Shown: positions 20,048 through 30,340, counted from the first letter of the whole stretch. The stretch is 63,265 nt of DNA, filler included, from 4 parts of 4 records of this genome joined end to end with filler, not necessarily neighbours in it, one strand, 5' to 3'. Made by a program: numbers and translations. The notes: a model not told the origin generated them from the sequence alone.

Positions 20048-20765
20048 TATATTCCTCTTATTATTCTCTGTACTAATCACTAGTGCAACGGCTCAAACTA
20101 TCATCGACAAACCCGCCAAAGTCATGGACTATGGCAAACTCTATTCAAAGCATGAGAAAAACCTCCTAAAACTACTCCTTGGCCAGTTTCAGAAAAAAAC
20201 CAAGGCCGAAATGTTTATCCTCACAGTTGAAAAGCTCGACAAGGAAACAATTGATGACATAGGCATACGCTTAATCGATCACTGGAATAAAAAAGATCTC
20301 GCCCCAGGAGATAAAGAAAGAGATGATGGACTCTTATTCATTATATCAAAAAAAGATCGCAAGATGCGACTCGAAGTCGGCCAAGGCCTTGAAGGTAAAA
20401 TCACCGACCATAAAGCCGGAAATATCATACGGCTCCTCCCTGAATATTTCAAAAAAGGTGATTTCTATGGAGGGACTGCCAAGGTAATTGAAGAATCCGC
20501 AAAAATCATCAACGGCAGCACACTCTCCTACCCCAAAGACACATCCCAAAGTAGTCAAAGCAAAAAAGAGAAGAAGCGAAGTCCCCTATTCGTTATCTTT
20601 ATAATTCTCCTGATAATATCATCATTCTTCAATAATCGACGTGGAGGCGGCATTTACATTAGGACAGGAGGTTTCTCTGGTGGATTCTCTGGTGGCGGTG
20701 GTGGCGGATTCTCCGGTGGTGGAGGTGGCGGGTTCTCTGGTGGAGGTGCTTCAGGAGGCTGGTAA
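20025..20765 (+). CDS. TPM domain (YgcG-like) membrane protein with Gly-rich tail
   Basis: DDGLLFIISKKDRKMRLEVGQGLEG..TD; TM; GGFSGGG...GGASGGW tail. Confidence 0.88.
   Translation: MKYISKTSIFLLLFSVLITSATAQTIIDKPAKVMDYGKLYSKHEKNLLKLLLGQFQKKTKAEMFILTVEKLDKETIDDIGIRLIDHWNKKDLAPGDKERDDGLLFIISKKDRKMRLEVGQGLEGKITDHKAGNIIRLLPEYFKKGDFYGGTAKVIEESAKIINGSTLSYPKDTSQSSQSKKEKKRSPLFVIFIILLIISSFFNNRRGGGIYIRTGGFSGGFSGGGGGGFSGGGGGGFSGGGASGGW
20667..20762 (+). repeat. Low-complexity GGFSGG coding repeat
   Basis: Four GGFSGG units (ttctc(t/c)ggtgg) within the TPM protein tail. Confidence 0.75.
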
Positions 20766-21266
20766 CTAATCTAAATTCTTTTGATTATCTTCTGGCATAT
20801 CAAAAGTCTCTTTTTGCTGAGGCTGATCATCCTTGTATTGAGTTTGTCTATCAAAAGGTTCCGCTCCAGGCATGTTCGAATGAAAACTAAAATGACTCGC
20901 CCCGCTAAAACTCTTACCCTTGACAATTTTTGACAAAAGAGGGCTAATTAACCTTCTCACTGGAGGCACAAGCAAAAGAAAGCCAAATACATCAGTCAAA
21001 AAGCCAGGAGTAATAAGCACTACAGCTGCAACCAAAATCATTAATCCTTCAAGAATCGGATGACCTGGCATTTTTCCCTGGGACAATTCTCGCTGAAATA
21101 ATAGTAAATGCTCTCGCCCTTGCTGCTTGGCTATACTTATTCCTAGAAAGCCTGTGAACAATACCATCAGCAAAAGGTTGGGGTAGCCAATGCGCTCCGC
21201 AACTTCTTTCATCAAGAAAACTTCTGCAATAGTCGTTAAAACAAAAAATAATAAGAATTTAGACAT
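20766..21266 (-). CDS. fxsA: FxsA family membrane protein
   Basis: LITPGFLTDVFGFLLLVPPVR. Confidence 0.88.
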   Translation of the reverse strand: MSKFLLFFVLTTIAEVFLMKEVAERIGYPNLLLMVLFTGFLGISIAKQQGREHLLLFQRELSQGKMPGHPILEGLMILVAAVVLITPGFLTDVFGFLLLVPPVRRLISPLLSKIVKGKSFSGASHFSFHSNMPGAEPFDRQTQYKDDQPQQKETFDMPEDNQKNLD

Positions 21267-21382
21267 CTGTTTTAAAAATACTTAAATTGTATGTTAATCA
21301 TTTGAGCTTAATATATGCAAAGGAACTTGCAAGTCTATGGCTAAAATAAGTATCATACATTTAAATAACTCAGGGAATATTT

Positions 21383-22765
21383 GTGCGTTTTCAATGCAGT
21401 CATTGTGATCAAATTGTATCAGTAAGTGATTCGGACATCGGATCTGTTGTTAGCTGTGGGCACTGTAACGCCCAGGATAGAGTCCCAAATGGACGTTTTT
21501 CACCAAGAATTGTCATCAACGATTACGTTATCATTAAAAAAATTGGCGTTGGACGACTTGCCTCCGTTTACCTCGCACATCAAATCACACTTGACAGAAA
21601 AGTTGCCCTAAAAATCCTTTCACAAGAACTTGCTGATGACAGTGACTTCATTATTGACTTTTTTAAAGAAGCCCGAAGCGCTGGACGCCTCAATCACCCT
21701 AACATTGTGCAAGCCTACGCCGTAAATGAAGAGGATGGCATTTACTACCTTGTCATGGAGTACATTGAAGGTAAGAACCTAAAAGAAATCATCGAGGAAG
21801 AAGGATCATTATCCTATGAGTACTCATTGAGAATAATCCATCAAATTGCTGAAGCCCTTTCATTTATCTGGAAGAATCACAAAATCTGCCATGAGAATGT
21901 TAAACCGGAAAACATCCTTCTGACCCAAACGAAAGCTGCCAAGCTTAGTGATACCGGCCTATCTAAGGCTTCGAGAAGATTAGATTCTTCTACACCTTAT
22001 ATATGTCCAGAAAAGATATTAAGCTCCAAAAGCGACATTCGTTCAGACCTCTATAGCCTAGGTATCACCTTCTATGAAATGCTTACCGGCTTCCCTCCTT
22101 TCGAAGGAAGTAAAGAAGAGATCCGTAAGCAACATCTCAAAGCTACTCCTCCTCCCCTAAAAGACTTTCGACAAGATGTCCCCGAAAGCTATGTCCGAAT
22201 TATTGATAAACTACTAGCAAAGCATCCGGATGATCGCTACCAAAATCCCGATGGCCTACTTAATGATATTAAATTAGCACGTGTTGCCAAAAGCGAAAAA
22301 AATATTCGCAAAGTCGAAAAAGAAAAACAAAAAAGAAATTTAAAGGCCGCAAATGCGAGTGTCAGCTCTAAAAATAGCTTCCTACAAATGAGCATTGTCC
22401 TAAATATCATTTTACTTGTAACTATTCTTTTACTTATGTCTGGCCAAACACAAGTTTCTGTAGTACCCCAGAAAGAAGAAGTCAGTAATGACCAAATTCT
22501 GATTTACCATCAAATAGCCACTGACATGAATACGGGTGATTTAACTCAGCAAAGATCAGAAAGTATACTAGAAGAAATCAATGAGTTTCTTAATCGCTTT
22601 CCTGACAGTCCCCACCTCCCTATTGCTATGCATTGGAAGAATAATTTAGAAGAAGCCATCATTCGATCAAAAAGATTTGAAGCTTGGGATAAAGAGCATA
22701 CTGAAGCTAAAGAAACCAAGAAGCTTTCAAACATTGCTGAAAGAGAATTAAAGAAAAAGAAATAA
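21383..22765 (+). CDS. Zn-ribbon Ser/Thr pseudokinase with TM and extracytoplasmic domain
   Basis: CSHC..CGHC; VALK intact, but HENVKPEN (no catalytic Asp), DTG and GVGRLA; TM IVLNIILLVTILLLM. Confidence 0.8.
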   Translation: MRFQCSHCDQIVSVSDSDIGSVVSCGHCNAQDRVPNGRFSPRIVINDYVIIKKIGVGRLASVYLAHQITLDRKVALKILSQELADDSDFIIDFFKEARSAGRLNHPNIVQAYAVNEEDGIYYLVMEYIEGKNLKEIIEEEGSLSYEYSLRIIHQIAEALSFIWKNHKICHENVKPENILLTQTKAAKLSDTGLSKASRRLDSSTPYICPEKILSSKSDIRSDLYSLGITFYEMLTGFPPFEGSKEEIRKQHLKATPPPLKDFRQDVPESYVRIIDKLLAKHPDDRYQNPDGLLNDIKLARVAKSEKNIRKVEKEKQKRNLKAANASVSSKNSFLQMSIVLNIILLVTILLLMSGQTQVSVVPQKEEVSNDQILIYHQIATDMNTGDLTQQRSESILEEINEFLNRFPDSPHLPIAMHWKNNLEEAIIRSKRFEAWDKEHTEAKETKKLSNIAERELKKKK

Positions 22766-22922
22766 ACCGTACCTTTATTATCTGAGAAGATCCAAATATG
22801 GTTTTTTCTCAAATTTGATAAATTAAATCAAAAAGGTATTTTTTTTGAAATTAACACTATCCCTTTAGGGTTTAAGTGTTAGAGTTTTAGCAATTTTTAA
22901 CTGATGGGTAAAGGCAAATATC

Positions 22923-24236
22923 GTGCGATTCCAATGTATTCATTGCCATGGACTTGTAGCTATTGATGATAGCGAGCAAGGTGAACATGTAGGTTGCGGT
23001 CACTGTGACGAAGTCGTTCAGGTTCCCGACTCTAAATTTGCGCCACAGGGCGTAATCGACGATTTTGTCATTGAAAACATGCTTGGCCGTGGTGGCATGG
23101 GTATAGTTTACAAAGCTCATCAGATGTCTCTCGACAGACCAGTCGCGCTAAAGATTCTAATGAACCAATACGCGACTGATAATGACTTCATCATTGACTT
23201 CATTCGTGAAGCAAGAGCAGCAGCTCGCCTAAACCACCCATATATCGTTCAAGCTTACGCCGTCGGTCAAGATGAAAGTACATACTTTTTAGCGATGGAA
23301 TATGTTGAAGGTCAAACCATGAAACAAATCATGGATGTTGATCGTACAGTTCCTCTCGAATTCGCCCTAAATGTCACAGCCCAAGTTGGTGAAGCTTTAG
23401 GCTTTGCTTGGAGCGAACAGAAACTCATTCACAGAGACATCAAGCCTGATAATATCATGATCACTGCAGATAATGTTGCTAAGCTCATGGACCTAGGTCT
23501 CTCTCGTTTTGATAATGACAAATTAGCTGATACCGAAGACGAAGATGAAGTTATGGGCACTCCTCAGTACATATGTCCAGAACAGCTGATTGGTATGCCA
23601 ATGGATGTCCGTGGTGATCTTTATAGCCTTGGTGCAACTCTCTACCATGCGATCACTGGCGAATTCCCTTTCAATGGTAGAAATGCTGCTGAAATTGCCA
23701 AAAAGCATTTACAAGAACCACTGACTCCGGCAAATGTCCATAACCCAAGTATTCCACCATCTGTCTGTAAGCTTATTGAGAAAATGATGGCAAAGCATCC
23801 CGATGACCGTCATGCATCGACAGCTGATCTAATTAAAGAAATCAATCAGATCAAAAATAGCTTGACTGGCTCAAAGAGAACCCCAAAATCAAAATCTCAG
23901 CCAATCAAGATTAAGCCAGGCACGAAAAGTAAAGGACCAACAAAGTCCCCAACGGCATCTGCTAAAAATAAAGCAGGAGGTCGCTCCGGATCATTCAAAA
24001 AATCTAGAACGAGCTCAAAAGGACCATCAACTACCAATAAAAATAAAACTGTTACACGCAACACCAAGCGAACTGTATCTTCTCGTAATCTTGGAGAAAC
24101 AAAGCGCGCCTCTAACAGAAATAGCAAAATGCCCGCAGAAGGAAAATACAGTAATACAGAAAACTCCGCCATGAAATTTGGGGCCATTGGAGTTTTTGTT
24201 GTATTCATCGTTATGGCAATTGTCGTCTCTCTGTAA
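22923..24236 (+). CDS. Zn-ribbon Ser/Thr kinase (RD type) with basic Ser/Thr-rich tail and terminal TM
   Basis: CIHC..CGHC; LGRGGMGIV, VALK, HRDIKPDN, DLG, GTPQYICPEQ. Confidence 0.92.
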   Translation: MRFQCIHCHGLVAIDDSEQGEHVGCGHCDEVVQVPDSKFAPQGVIDDFVIENMLGRGGMGIVYKAHQMSLDRPVALKILMNQYATDNDFIIDFIREARAAARLNHPYIVQAYAVGQDESTYFLAMEYVEGQTMKQIMDVDRTVPLEFALNVTAQVGEALGFAWSEQKLIHRDIKPDNIMITADNVAKLMDLGLSRFDNDKLADTEDEDEVMGTPQYICPEQLIGMPMDVRGDLYSLGATLYHAITGEFPFNGRNAAEIAKKHLQEPLTPANVHNPSIPPSVCKLIEKMMAKHPDDRHASTADLIKEINQIKNSLTGSKRTPKSKSQPIKIKPGTKSKGPTKSPTASAKNKAGGRSGSFKKSRTSSKGPSTTNKNKTVTRNTKRTVSSRNLGETKRASNRNSKMPAEGKYSNTENSAMKFGAIGVFVVFIVMAIVVSL

Positions 24237-24243
24237 TCACTAA

Positions 24244-25056
24244 ATGAAAATACTTCATTTCTCCGATATCCACACTGGCGGCAAGTTCTCGTCCATCAAA
24301 GCTCTTTTTGATAAGCGAATTATTGGTACACTCAACTACAAGTTGCGCCGCAAAAGACATGTCCATTGGGAACGCCTGGAAAGGGCTATAGATATCATAA
24401 AAGAAGAAAAGCCTGATTACGTAATTAATACCGGTGACATAAGCTCTGTAAGCGAACCGGCAGAATTTGCGGAAGCACTCGAACGACTGAAACCTCTTAT
24501 CGAAGACCAGTCTTTTAAGTTCTTAAACATACCTGGGAATCACGATTACTACACCCATAACAACAATTGTCTACAAAGTCGCAATAGTACCTTCCTCCAA
24601 CTCAACAGAGGGCTACACAAACTAGAAGACTTCCCCCTTAAGATTGAAGAAGACGACGCCACCTTTATTCTCGTTGATGAAAGTCGACCGAATCCTGGCA
24701 CTTTATCTAGTGGAATCCTAAAAGAAAGCTCACTTAAAAAGATCTCTAATTGGACTGAAAAAGCCCAACAAAAACCAATCATTTTCCTCGGCCATTACCC
24801 CCTCCTCGATAAGCTGGGTCAACCCCTAGCGGAAAGGCGCTGCCTCGAAAACTCAGAAGCTCTTCTTGAGATATTGGAAAATGGGAAAATTAACGTTACC
24901 TTATGCGGGCACATTCACTCTGCCTTTAGTAGAACACACAGTTCAGGCTCTATGGAAGTATGTGCAGGCTCCCTTACTATCGGGGGAAAGATGAATAAAT
25001 TAGAATATGATAAATCGACTAAGAAGTTCACACAAAGCTGGATCGATTTAAGATAA
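24244..25056 (+). CDS. Calcineurin-like metallophosphoesterase (CpdA/Icc-like)
   Basis: HFSDIH, TGD, PGNHD, GHYP, CGHIH. Confidence 0.88.
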   Translation: MKILHFSDIHTGGKFSSIKALFDKRIIGTLNYKLRRKRHVHWERLERAIDIIKEEKPDYVINTGDISSVSEPAEFAEALERLKPLIEDQSFKFLNIPGNHDYYTHNNNCLQSRNSTFLQLNRGLHKLEDFPLKIEEDDATFILVDESRPNPGTLSSGILKESSLKKISNWTEKAQQKPIIFLGHYPLLDKLGQPLAERRCLENSEALLEILENGKINVTLCGHIHSAFSRTHSSGSMEVCAGSLTIGGKMNKLEYDKSTKKFTQSWIDLR

Positions 25057-25068
25057 AAAAAGTTTTTT

Positions 25069-26580
25069 ATGTACTACCCAAAGCTAAAAGAAGTAAAAGA
25101 CCTGGCCCAGCAAGGAAATTACATCCCTATCTACTGCGAAGTTCTCGCTGATATGGAAACTCCAGTTTCTGCCTTCCACAAAATTGCCTATGACGAACAA
25201 GGCAACAAACAACCTTATGCATTTTTACTAGAAAGTGTCGAAGGCGGTGAAAAAATTGGCCGTTTTTCATTTCTTGGGTGCGACCCTATTTATCTCTTCA
25301 AACAAAATGGCCCAAAAGCTGAAATTACTCATAATGGAACAGTCATCGAAGAAATGGAAGGTGATTGCGCTTTCACAGGTCTACAAAAGTTCCTCAAGAA
25401 ATTTAAACAAGTTAAGATTGAAGGCCTCGCACCTTTCAATGGAGGCGCCGTTGGTTACGCCTCTTTTGAAACAATCGAACAGATAGAACCCAAAGTTAAA
25501 TGCCAGAAAGAAGATGGCCTTGATGTACCAGATGCTATTTTTCAAATTACCGATAGCCTCATTGCCTTTGATCGCGTCAAACATACAATGCAAATAATTA
25601 GCCATGTCGATTTAACCAATGGCGAGGATATTGACGCTGCTTATCAAAAAGCTACTGATAAAATAGACGGCATCCTGAATAAGCTCCATAAACAACCAAA
25701 CCTTCCGCCACTCAGAGCCCTAAAAACTGGGGAGCCCCTCTCTTGCACATCAAACATGAGCAAAGATGAATTCAAATCAATGGTTAAAACTGCCAAAGAC
25801 TACATCTTAGACGGTGATATAATCCAGGTTGTTCTATCCCAGAGATTTGAAGCCGATCTTGATCTATCCCCACTACAAGTTCATAGAGCACTAAGAACAA
25901 TCAATCCATCACCATACATGTACTGCCTTCACTTGGGGGATGACTTTTCAATCACCGGCACATCACCAGAAATACATGCTCGCTGTATAGATAAAGAAAT
26001 TACCGTACGACCAATTGCCGGCACCAGAGTTCGAGGCAAAGACGCCGCTGAAGACCAAGCCCTAGCTGACGAATTATTAGCGGACCCAAAAGAAAGAGCC
26101 GAACACATCATGCTCGTAGACCTTGCTCGTAATGACGTTGGCCGCATCTCAGAAACAGGCTCTATTGAAATCCCTGACCTTATGACAATTGAAAAATACA
26201 GCCATGTCATGCATATTGTCTCTGATGTTACTGGTAGGCTGAAAGAAGACCTACCAAGCAGTGAAACTATGAGCTCTACATTCCCAGCAGGAACTGTGTC
26301 TGGAGCCCCAAAAATTCGCGCTATGCAAATTATTGCCGAACTAGAAAAAAGCAGACGTGGGCCTTATGCAGGAACCATTGCTTATTTTTCTTTTGATGGC
26401 AATATCGACTCGTGTATCACCATTCGCACAGTCATTATGAAAGATAAAAAAGCTTATATACAGGCAGGTGCCGGAGTCGTTGCAGACTCAGACCCTGAAT
26501 TTGAATTTGAAGAAACTCGCAATAAGGCAAGAGCCATGATGGTAGCCTTAGGCGCAGCTAAAGAAATGTCACAGTTTTGA
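25069..26580 (+). CDS. trpE: Anthranilate synthase component I
   Basis: FLLESVEGGE, NPSPYM, PIAGT, KERAEHIMLVDLARND, FPAGTVSGAPK. Confidence 0.93.
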   Translation: MYYPKLKEVKDLAQQGNYIPIYCEVLADMETPVSAFHKIAYDEQGNKQPYAFLLESVEGGEKIGRFSFLGCDPIYLFKQNGPKAEITHNGTVIEEMEGDCAFTGLQKFLKKFKQVKIEGLAPFNGGAVGYASFETIEQIEPKVKCQKEDGLDVPDAIFQITDSLIAFDRVKHTMQIISHVDLTNGEDIDAAYQKATDKIDGILNKLHKQPNLPPLRALKTGEPLSCTSNMSKDEFKSMVKTAKDYILDGDIIQVVLSQRFEADLDLSPLQVHRALRTINPSPYMYCLHLGDDFSITGTSPEIHARCIDKEITVRPIAGTRVRGKDAAEDQALADELLADPKERAEHIMLVDLARNDVGRISETGSIEIPDLMTIEKYSHVMHIVSDVTGRLKEDLPSSETMSSTFPAGTVSGAPKIRAMQIIAELEKSRRGPYAGTIAYFSFDGNIDSCITIRTVIMKDKKAYIQAGAGVVADSDPEFEFEETRNKARAMMVALGAAKEMSQF

Positions 26581-26587
26581 GGAAATA

Positions 26588-27598
26588 ATGAAAATCGACT
26601 GGAATAACCTCGGCTTTGAATATATGGACACCAAATGCCATGTTCGCTACACTTACAAAAACGGCCAATGGGATAATGGCGAAATCGTCAATGATCCACA
26701 TCTAAACCTACATATTGGAGCTACAAGCCTTCATTATGGGCAGGCCTGCTTTGAAGGCCTTAAAGCTTTCCGTGGACAAGACGGTAAAGTTCGCATTTTT
26801 CGACCAGATGAAAATTCTAAAAGAATGAATTCGTCTGCACGCCGCACCCTTATGGCTGAAGTACCAGAAGATATTTTTATCAAGGCCATAAAAACTGCAG
26901 TAAAAGAAAATGAAGAATACATCCCTCCTTACGAATCAGATGGTGCTCTCTACATAAGACCACTTCTCATCGGCTCTGGCCCAAGAATAGGTATACAACC
27001 TTCTGAAGAATACACATTCATCGTCTTGGTAATACCAGTCGGCAACTATTACAAAGGTGGACTCAAGCCCGTAGATGGTATTATTGTCGATGGTTATGAT
27101 AGAAGTGCACCTGGTGGTACAGGCAATGTCAAAGTTGCCGGAAATTATGCCTCTAGCTTAGAGCCAGGTAAAATCGCCAAAGATAAAGGCTTCCCCATCA
27201 ACCTTTACCTAGACTCGAAAGAACACAAATATATAGACGAGTTTGGCACCTCTAACTTCATTGCCATCAAAGGTAATACATACATCACGCCAGAGTCAGA
27301 AACTATACTACCGAGCATTACCAACAAAAGCCTGATGACCATTGCCGAAGACATGGGCATGAATACAGAAAGAAGACCTGTAGAATTCACAGAAGTACCA
27401 GATTTTGATGCCGTAGGAGCCTGTGGCACCGCCGTAGTTATTACTCCTGTCGATAAGATTTATCACGGTAATGAAGTAGCTCAAATTGGTGACGGCACCG
27501 TCCATAGTAAACTCCACGAACTCTATGATAAGATGACTGCCATTCAGCGTGGTACTACTGAAGATCTCCACAATTGGTGCGTCGTCCTCGATGACTAA
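26588..27598 (+). CDS. ilvE: Branched-chain amino acid aminotransferase
   Basis: LHYGQACFEGLKA, LYIRP, KVAGNY, ILPSIT, CGTAVVITPV. Confidence 0.94.
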   Translation: MKIDWNNLGFEYMDTKCHVRYTYKNGQWDNGEIVNDPHLNLHIGATSLHYGQACFEGLKAFRGQDGKVRIFRPDENSKRMNSSARRTLMAEVPEDIFIKAIKTAVKENEEYIPPYESDGALYIRPLLIGSGPRIGIQPSEEYTFIVLVIPVGNYYKGGLKPVDGIIVDGYDRSAPGGTGNVKVAGNYASSLEPGKIAKDKGFPINLYLDSKEHKYIDEFGTSNFIAIKGNTYITPESETILPSITNKSLMTIAEDMGMNTERRPVEFTEVPDFDAVGACGTAVVITPVDKIYHGNEVAQIGDGTVHSKLHELYDKMTAIQRGTTEDLHNWCVVLDD

Positions 27599-28370
27599 TC
27601 ACAAACTTGATTACAAAACCCCAGAAACGAGCTCACGCTCTTTTTGGGATATTTTATTCAGACCATTTAACCTATATTTTTATTCACGCTCTATACACTC
27701 CATAGTTAGCTGCGCCAAATACATGAAGCGCGATGACTACTATGACTATTTTATCAAGCACTGTGGCAAAATCTTAGAAGGTGTAGAAGCGACTGGTGCC
27801 AAAGTGGAAATCTCTGGATTAGAGAACGTCCCCAAAGAACCATGCGTCATTATCGGCAATCACATGAGTACCCTTGAAACCATTAGCTTGGGCCACTCCC
27901 TAAGAGATAGAACACAAATATCTTTTGTCATTAAAGAAAGCCTCATGAAATACCCCTATTTTAGAGATATCCTTCAACGGCTTGAGTGCATAACGGTAAC
28001 TCGCACCAATCCTATCCACGACTTAAAGAAAATACTTAGAGAAGGTCCTGCTTTACTCGAAAAAGGACGATCTATAGTAGTATTTCCTCAACACACTCGT
28101 GGGCAATATGACCCTAGTGATTTTAGCTCTATTGGCTGCAAGCTTGCCAAAAGAGCCAAAGTTCCAGTCGTTCCTCTAGCGCTCGACACTCGATTATGGG
28201 GTAAAGGAAAAATCGTCTCAGATCTTGGGCCGGTCAATCGCGACATTCCCGTACGCTACTCATTTGGAGAAGCAATGGTCATTGATAAAAATGAAAAAGA
28301 AATTCACGCAAAATGCCTAGACTTCATAGGTAGTAGATTGCAAGAATGGAATGCCTATTCACCCCAATAA
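27591..28370 (+). CDS. plsC: Lysophospholipid acyltransferase (PlsC family)
   Basis: NHMSTLE, FVIKESL, VVFPQHTR; start moved to ATG 27591. Confidence 0.8.
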   Translation: MTNHKLDYKTPETSSRSFWDILFRPFNLYFYSRSIHSIVSCAKYMKRDDYYDYFIKHCGKILEGVEATGAKVEISGLENVPKEPCVIIGNHMSTLETISLGHSLRDRTQISFVIKESLMKYPYFRDILQRLECITVTRTNPIHDLKKILREGPALLEKGRSIVVFPQHTRGQYDPSDFSSIGCKLAKRAKVPVVPLALDTRLWGKGKIVSDLGPVNRDIPVRYSFGEAMVIDKNEKEIHAKCLDFIGSRLQEWNAYSPQ

Positions 28371-28371
28371 A

Positions 28372-28644
28372 TTATTTATCCGGGTAATCATAAATCACTT
28401 CAAAAGCTTCCGCTAAAGCCGTAACTGCATCTAGTTCATCTTCTCCGCTCGCTTCGACAGTAACACTATCACCACAATGTAGAGCTAAAGTAATAATCTC
28501 GATCATACTTTTTAAATTAGCTGATCCACCACTGCCCTTAGCTACCAAATCAGACTTATACTTCATAGCCACTCTGACAATTGCACTGGACGGTCGACAA
28601 TGAATGCCATTTACATTTTTAACTTCTACAGTTCTAGCTTCCAT
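28372..28644 (-). CDS. ptsH: Phosphocarrier protein HPr
   Basis: NVNGIHCRPS (His15 equivalent), NLKSMIEI (Ser46 equivalent), GEDE; start ATG 28644. Confidence 0.88.
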   Translation of the reverse strand: MEARTVEVKNVNGIHCRPSSAIVRVAMKYKSDLVAKGSGGSANLKSMIEIITLALHCGDSVTVEASGEDELDAVTALAEAFEVIYDYPDK

Positions 28645-28809
28645 TTTACTTCCATTTTTTGTGCTTGATCTTAGTATTAAACAGGTTAAAAAACGCATTT
28701 CCAGCCACACAAAGAGAAAAGCTTATTTTTCTCCTAATTTTCCGTTAAAAATCGGTTTGATTAATTCAAAACATAGGGAATAGTTTAAGCACTTTTTGAG
28801 ATAAAAGAA

Positions 28810-28839
28810 TCCGCGATAGCTCAGTTGGTAGAGCAGGTG
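28810..28839 (+). tRNA. 5' fragment of a tRNA (probably tRNA-Asn), truncated at contig end
   Basis: TCCGCGA TA GCTC AGTTGGTA GAGC A GGTG: acceptor 5' strand and D-arm; anticodon not in the sequence, identity inferred from the TCC start. Confidence 0.7.
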
Positions 28840-28939
28840 NNNNNNNNNNNNNNNNNNNNNNNNNNNNNNNNNNNNNNNNNNNNTTAATTAATTAANNNNN
28901 NNNNNNNNNNNNNNNNNNNNNNNNNNNNNNNNNNNNNNN
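28840..28939. other. Artificial contig spacer
   Basis: 44 N + TTAATTAATTAA + 44 N. Confidence 0.98.
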
Positions 28940-29477
28940 GTGAATGAAAAACTTTTCCTAAACCATGCCCTGTGAAATCTCTAACAACTGAGAGGCCATT
29001 TTTTTCAGCATGTGATTGAATGGCATAACCTATATCTCCAGTTGTGCTTCCAGGTTTGACGGTTTCTATTCCTAGCCACAAACATTCATATGTAATTTTA
29101 GTAAGAAACCTAGCTTTTTTACTAGGCTCACCAACAAAAAACATTCTACTTGTATCTCCATACCAACCATTAAGAATGACTGTTATGTCTATGTTTAAAA
29201 TATCACCGTTATCTAAAATTTTTTCTCCTGGTATTCCATGACAAACTACGTGGTTTACTGAAATACAAGTTGATTTAGGAAATCCTTTATAATTTAGTGG
29301 TGCAGGAATAGCGTTATTCTTTAATATAAATTCGTGACACAGATCATTTAAATAACCAGTACTAACATTAGGTTTTACATAATCGGTAATATAATCTAAC
29401 ACCTCTGCTGCAAGCTTACCTGCATCATGCATTTTTGAAAATGAATCTTTACTGTGCAGCTCAATATGGTTATTCAT
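28940..29477 (-). CDS. map: Type I methionine aminopeptidase, 3'-truncated
   Basis: CISVNHVVCHGIP, NIDIT, GDTSRM, FTGHGLG..FH. Confidence 0.95.
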
Positions 29478-29562
29478 TAAGTCCAACTAAAATATTCGTG
29501 ATAATTTGTTTTAATTATATACTTATACGTACAATAATATTTTTTTTTAAGGATTACTATAC

Positions 29563-30336
29563 ATGATTTCAACTGCAGGCCTAATAATAATAGGCGATGA
29601 AATATTATCAGGAAGAACTAAAGATACAAACATTAATTGGATAGCTTCAGAATTAAATAACGTGGGAATTAGATTAATTGAGGCAAGAATAATTGCAGAC
29701 GACATGGATACGATTGTTAAAACAATTCAAACATTTTCTAAAAAATTCACTTATGTATTTTCTTGTGGAGGAATTGGTCCTACTCATGACGATATAACCA
29801 CAGAAGCAGTTGCCAAGGCTTTTAATAAAAAATTAGAAAAAAACAGTGAAGCTATGAGAAGGTTAAAAGTACATTATGAAGGTACTAATATAGACTTCAA
29901 TGAGGCAAGGCAGAAAATGGCAATAATTCCAACAAATTCAACATTAATTGATAACCCAGTTTCTGCAGCACCTGGTTATAAAATTGAAAATTTATTTGTC
30001 TTTGCGGGGGTACCAAAAATAATGCAAGGAATGTTTCATACTATTTTAAACGAATTAACTGGAGGTAAAAAGCTTTTATCAAAGACTGTATCAAGTAATA
30101 TTGGTGAAGGTTTAATTGCAAAAGATTTAGAAAAAATAGAAAATGATTTTGTAGGTGTTAAAATTGGTTCTTATCCATATTTTAAACCCGGTAGTTTTGG
30201 TACATCAATAGTTTTAAGATCTGAAAATACAACGCAACTTAACAAAGCATCTGAAGCAGTATTGTCTGTTGTGATTAAACTTGGTGGTAAAGGAAAAATT
30301 TTTGAAGAAGGTCAAGTTGACGAAAGAAATCTCTGA
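29563..30336 (+). CDS. CinA-like molybdopterin-binding domain protein
   Basis: IIGDEILSGRTKDTN, GGIGPTHDDIT, AGVPKIM, IGSYP. Confidence 0.88.
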   Translation: MISTAGLIIIGDEILSGRTKDTNINWIASELNNVGIRLIEARIIADDMDTIVKTIQTFSKKFTYVFSCGGIGPTHDDITTEAVAKAFNKKLEKNSEAMRRLKVHYEGTNIDFNEARQKMAIIPTNSTLIDNPVSAAPGYKIENLFVFAGVPKIMQGMFHTILNELTGGKKLLSKTVSSNIGEGLIAKDLEKIENDFVGVKIGSYPYFKPGSFGTSIVLRSENTTQLNKASEAVLSVVIKLGGKGKIFEEGQVDERNL

Positions 30337-30340
30337 AGAT

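Noticed and set aside
20667-20762. Short repeats as a CRISPR array or VNTR
   Set aside because: They encode the normal Gly-rich tail of YgcG/TPM proteins; no spacers and no cas genes.
28884-28895. TTAATTAATTAA palindrome repeated three times in the window
   Set aside because: Always centred in N-runs of equal length; an artificial all-frame-stop linker.
28884-28939. ORF-track extension of map through X residues to LIN*
   Set aside because: Translation of the spacer; the gene is simply cut at the contig end and is not a pseudogene.
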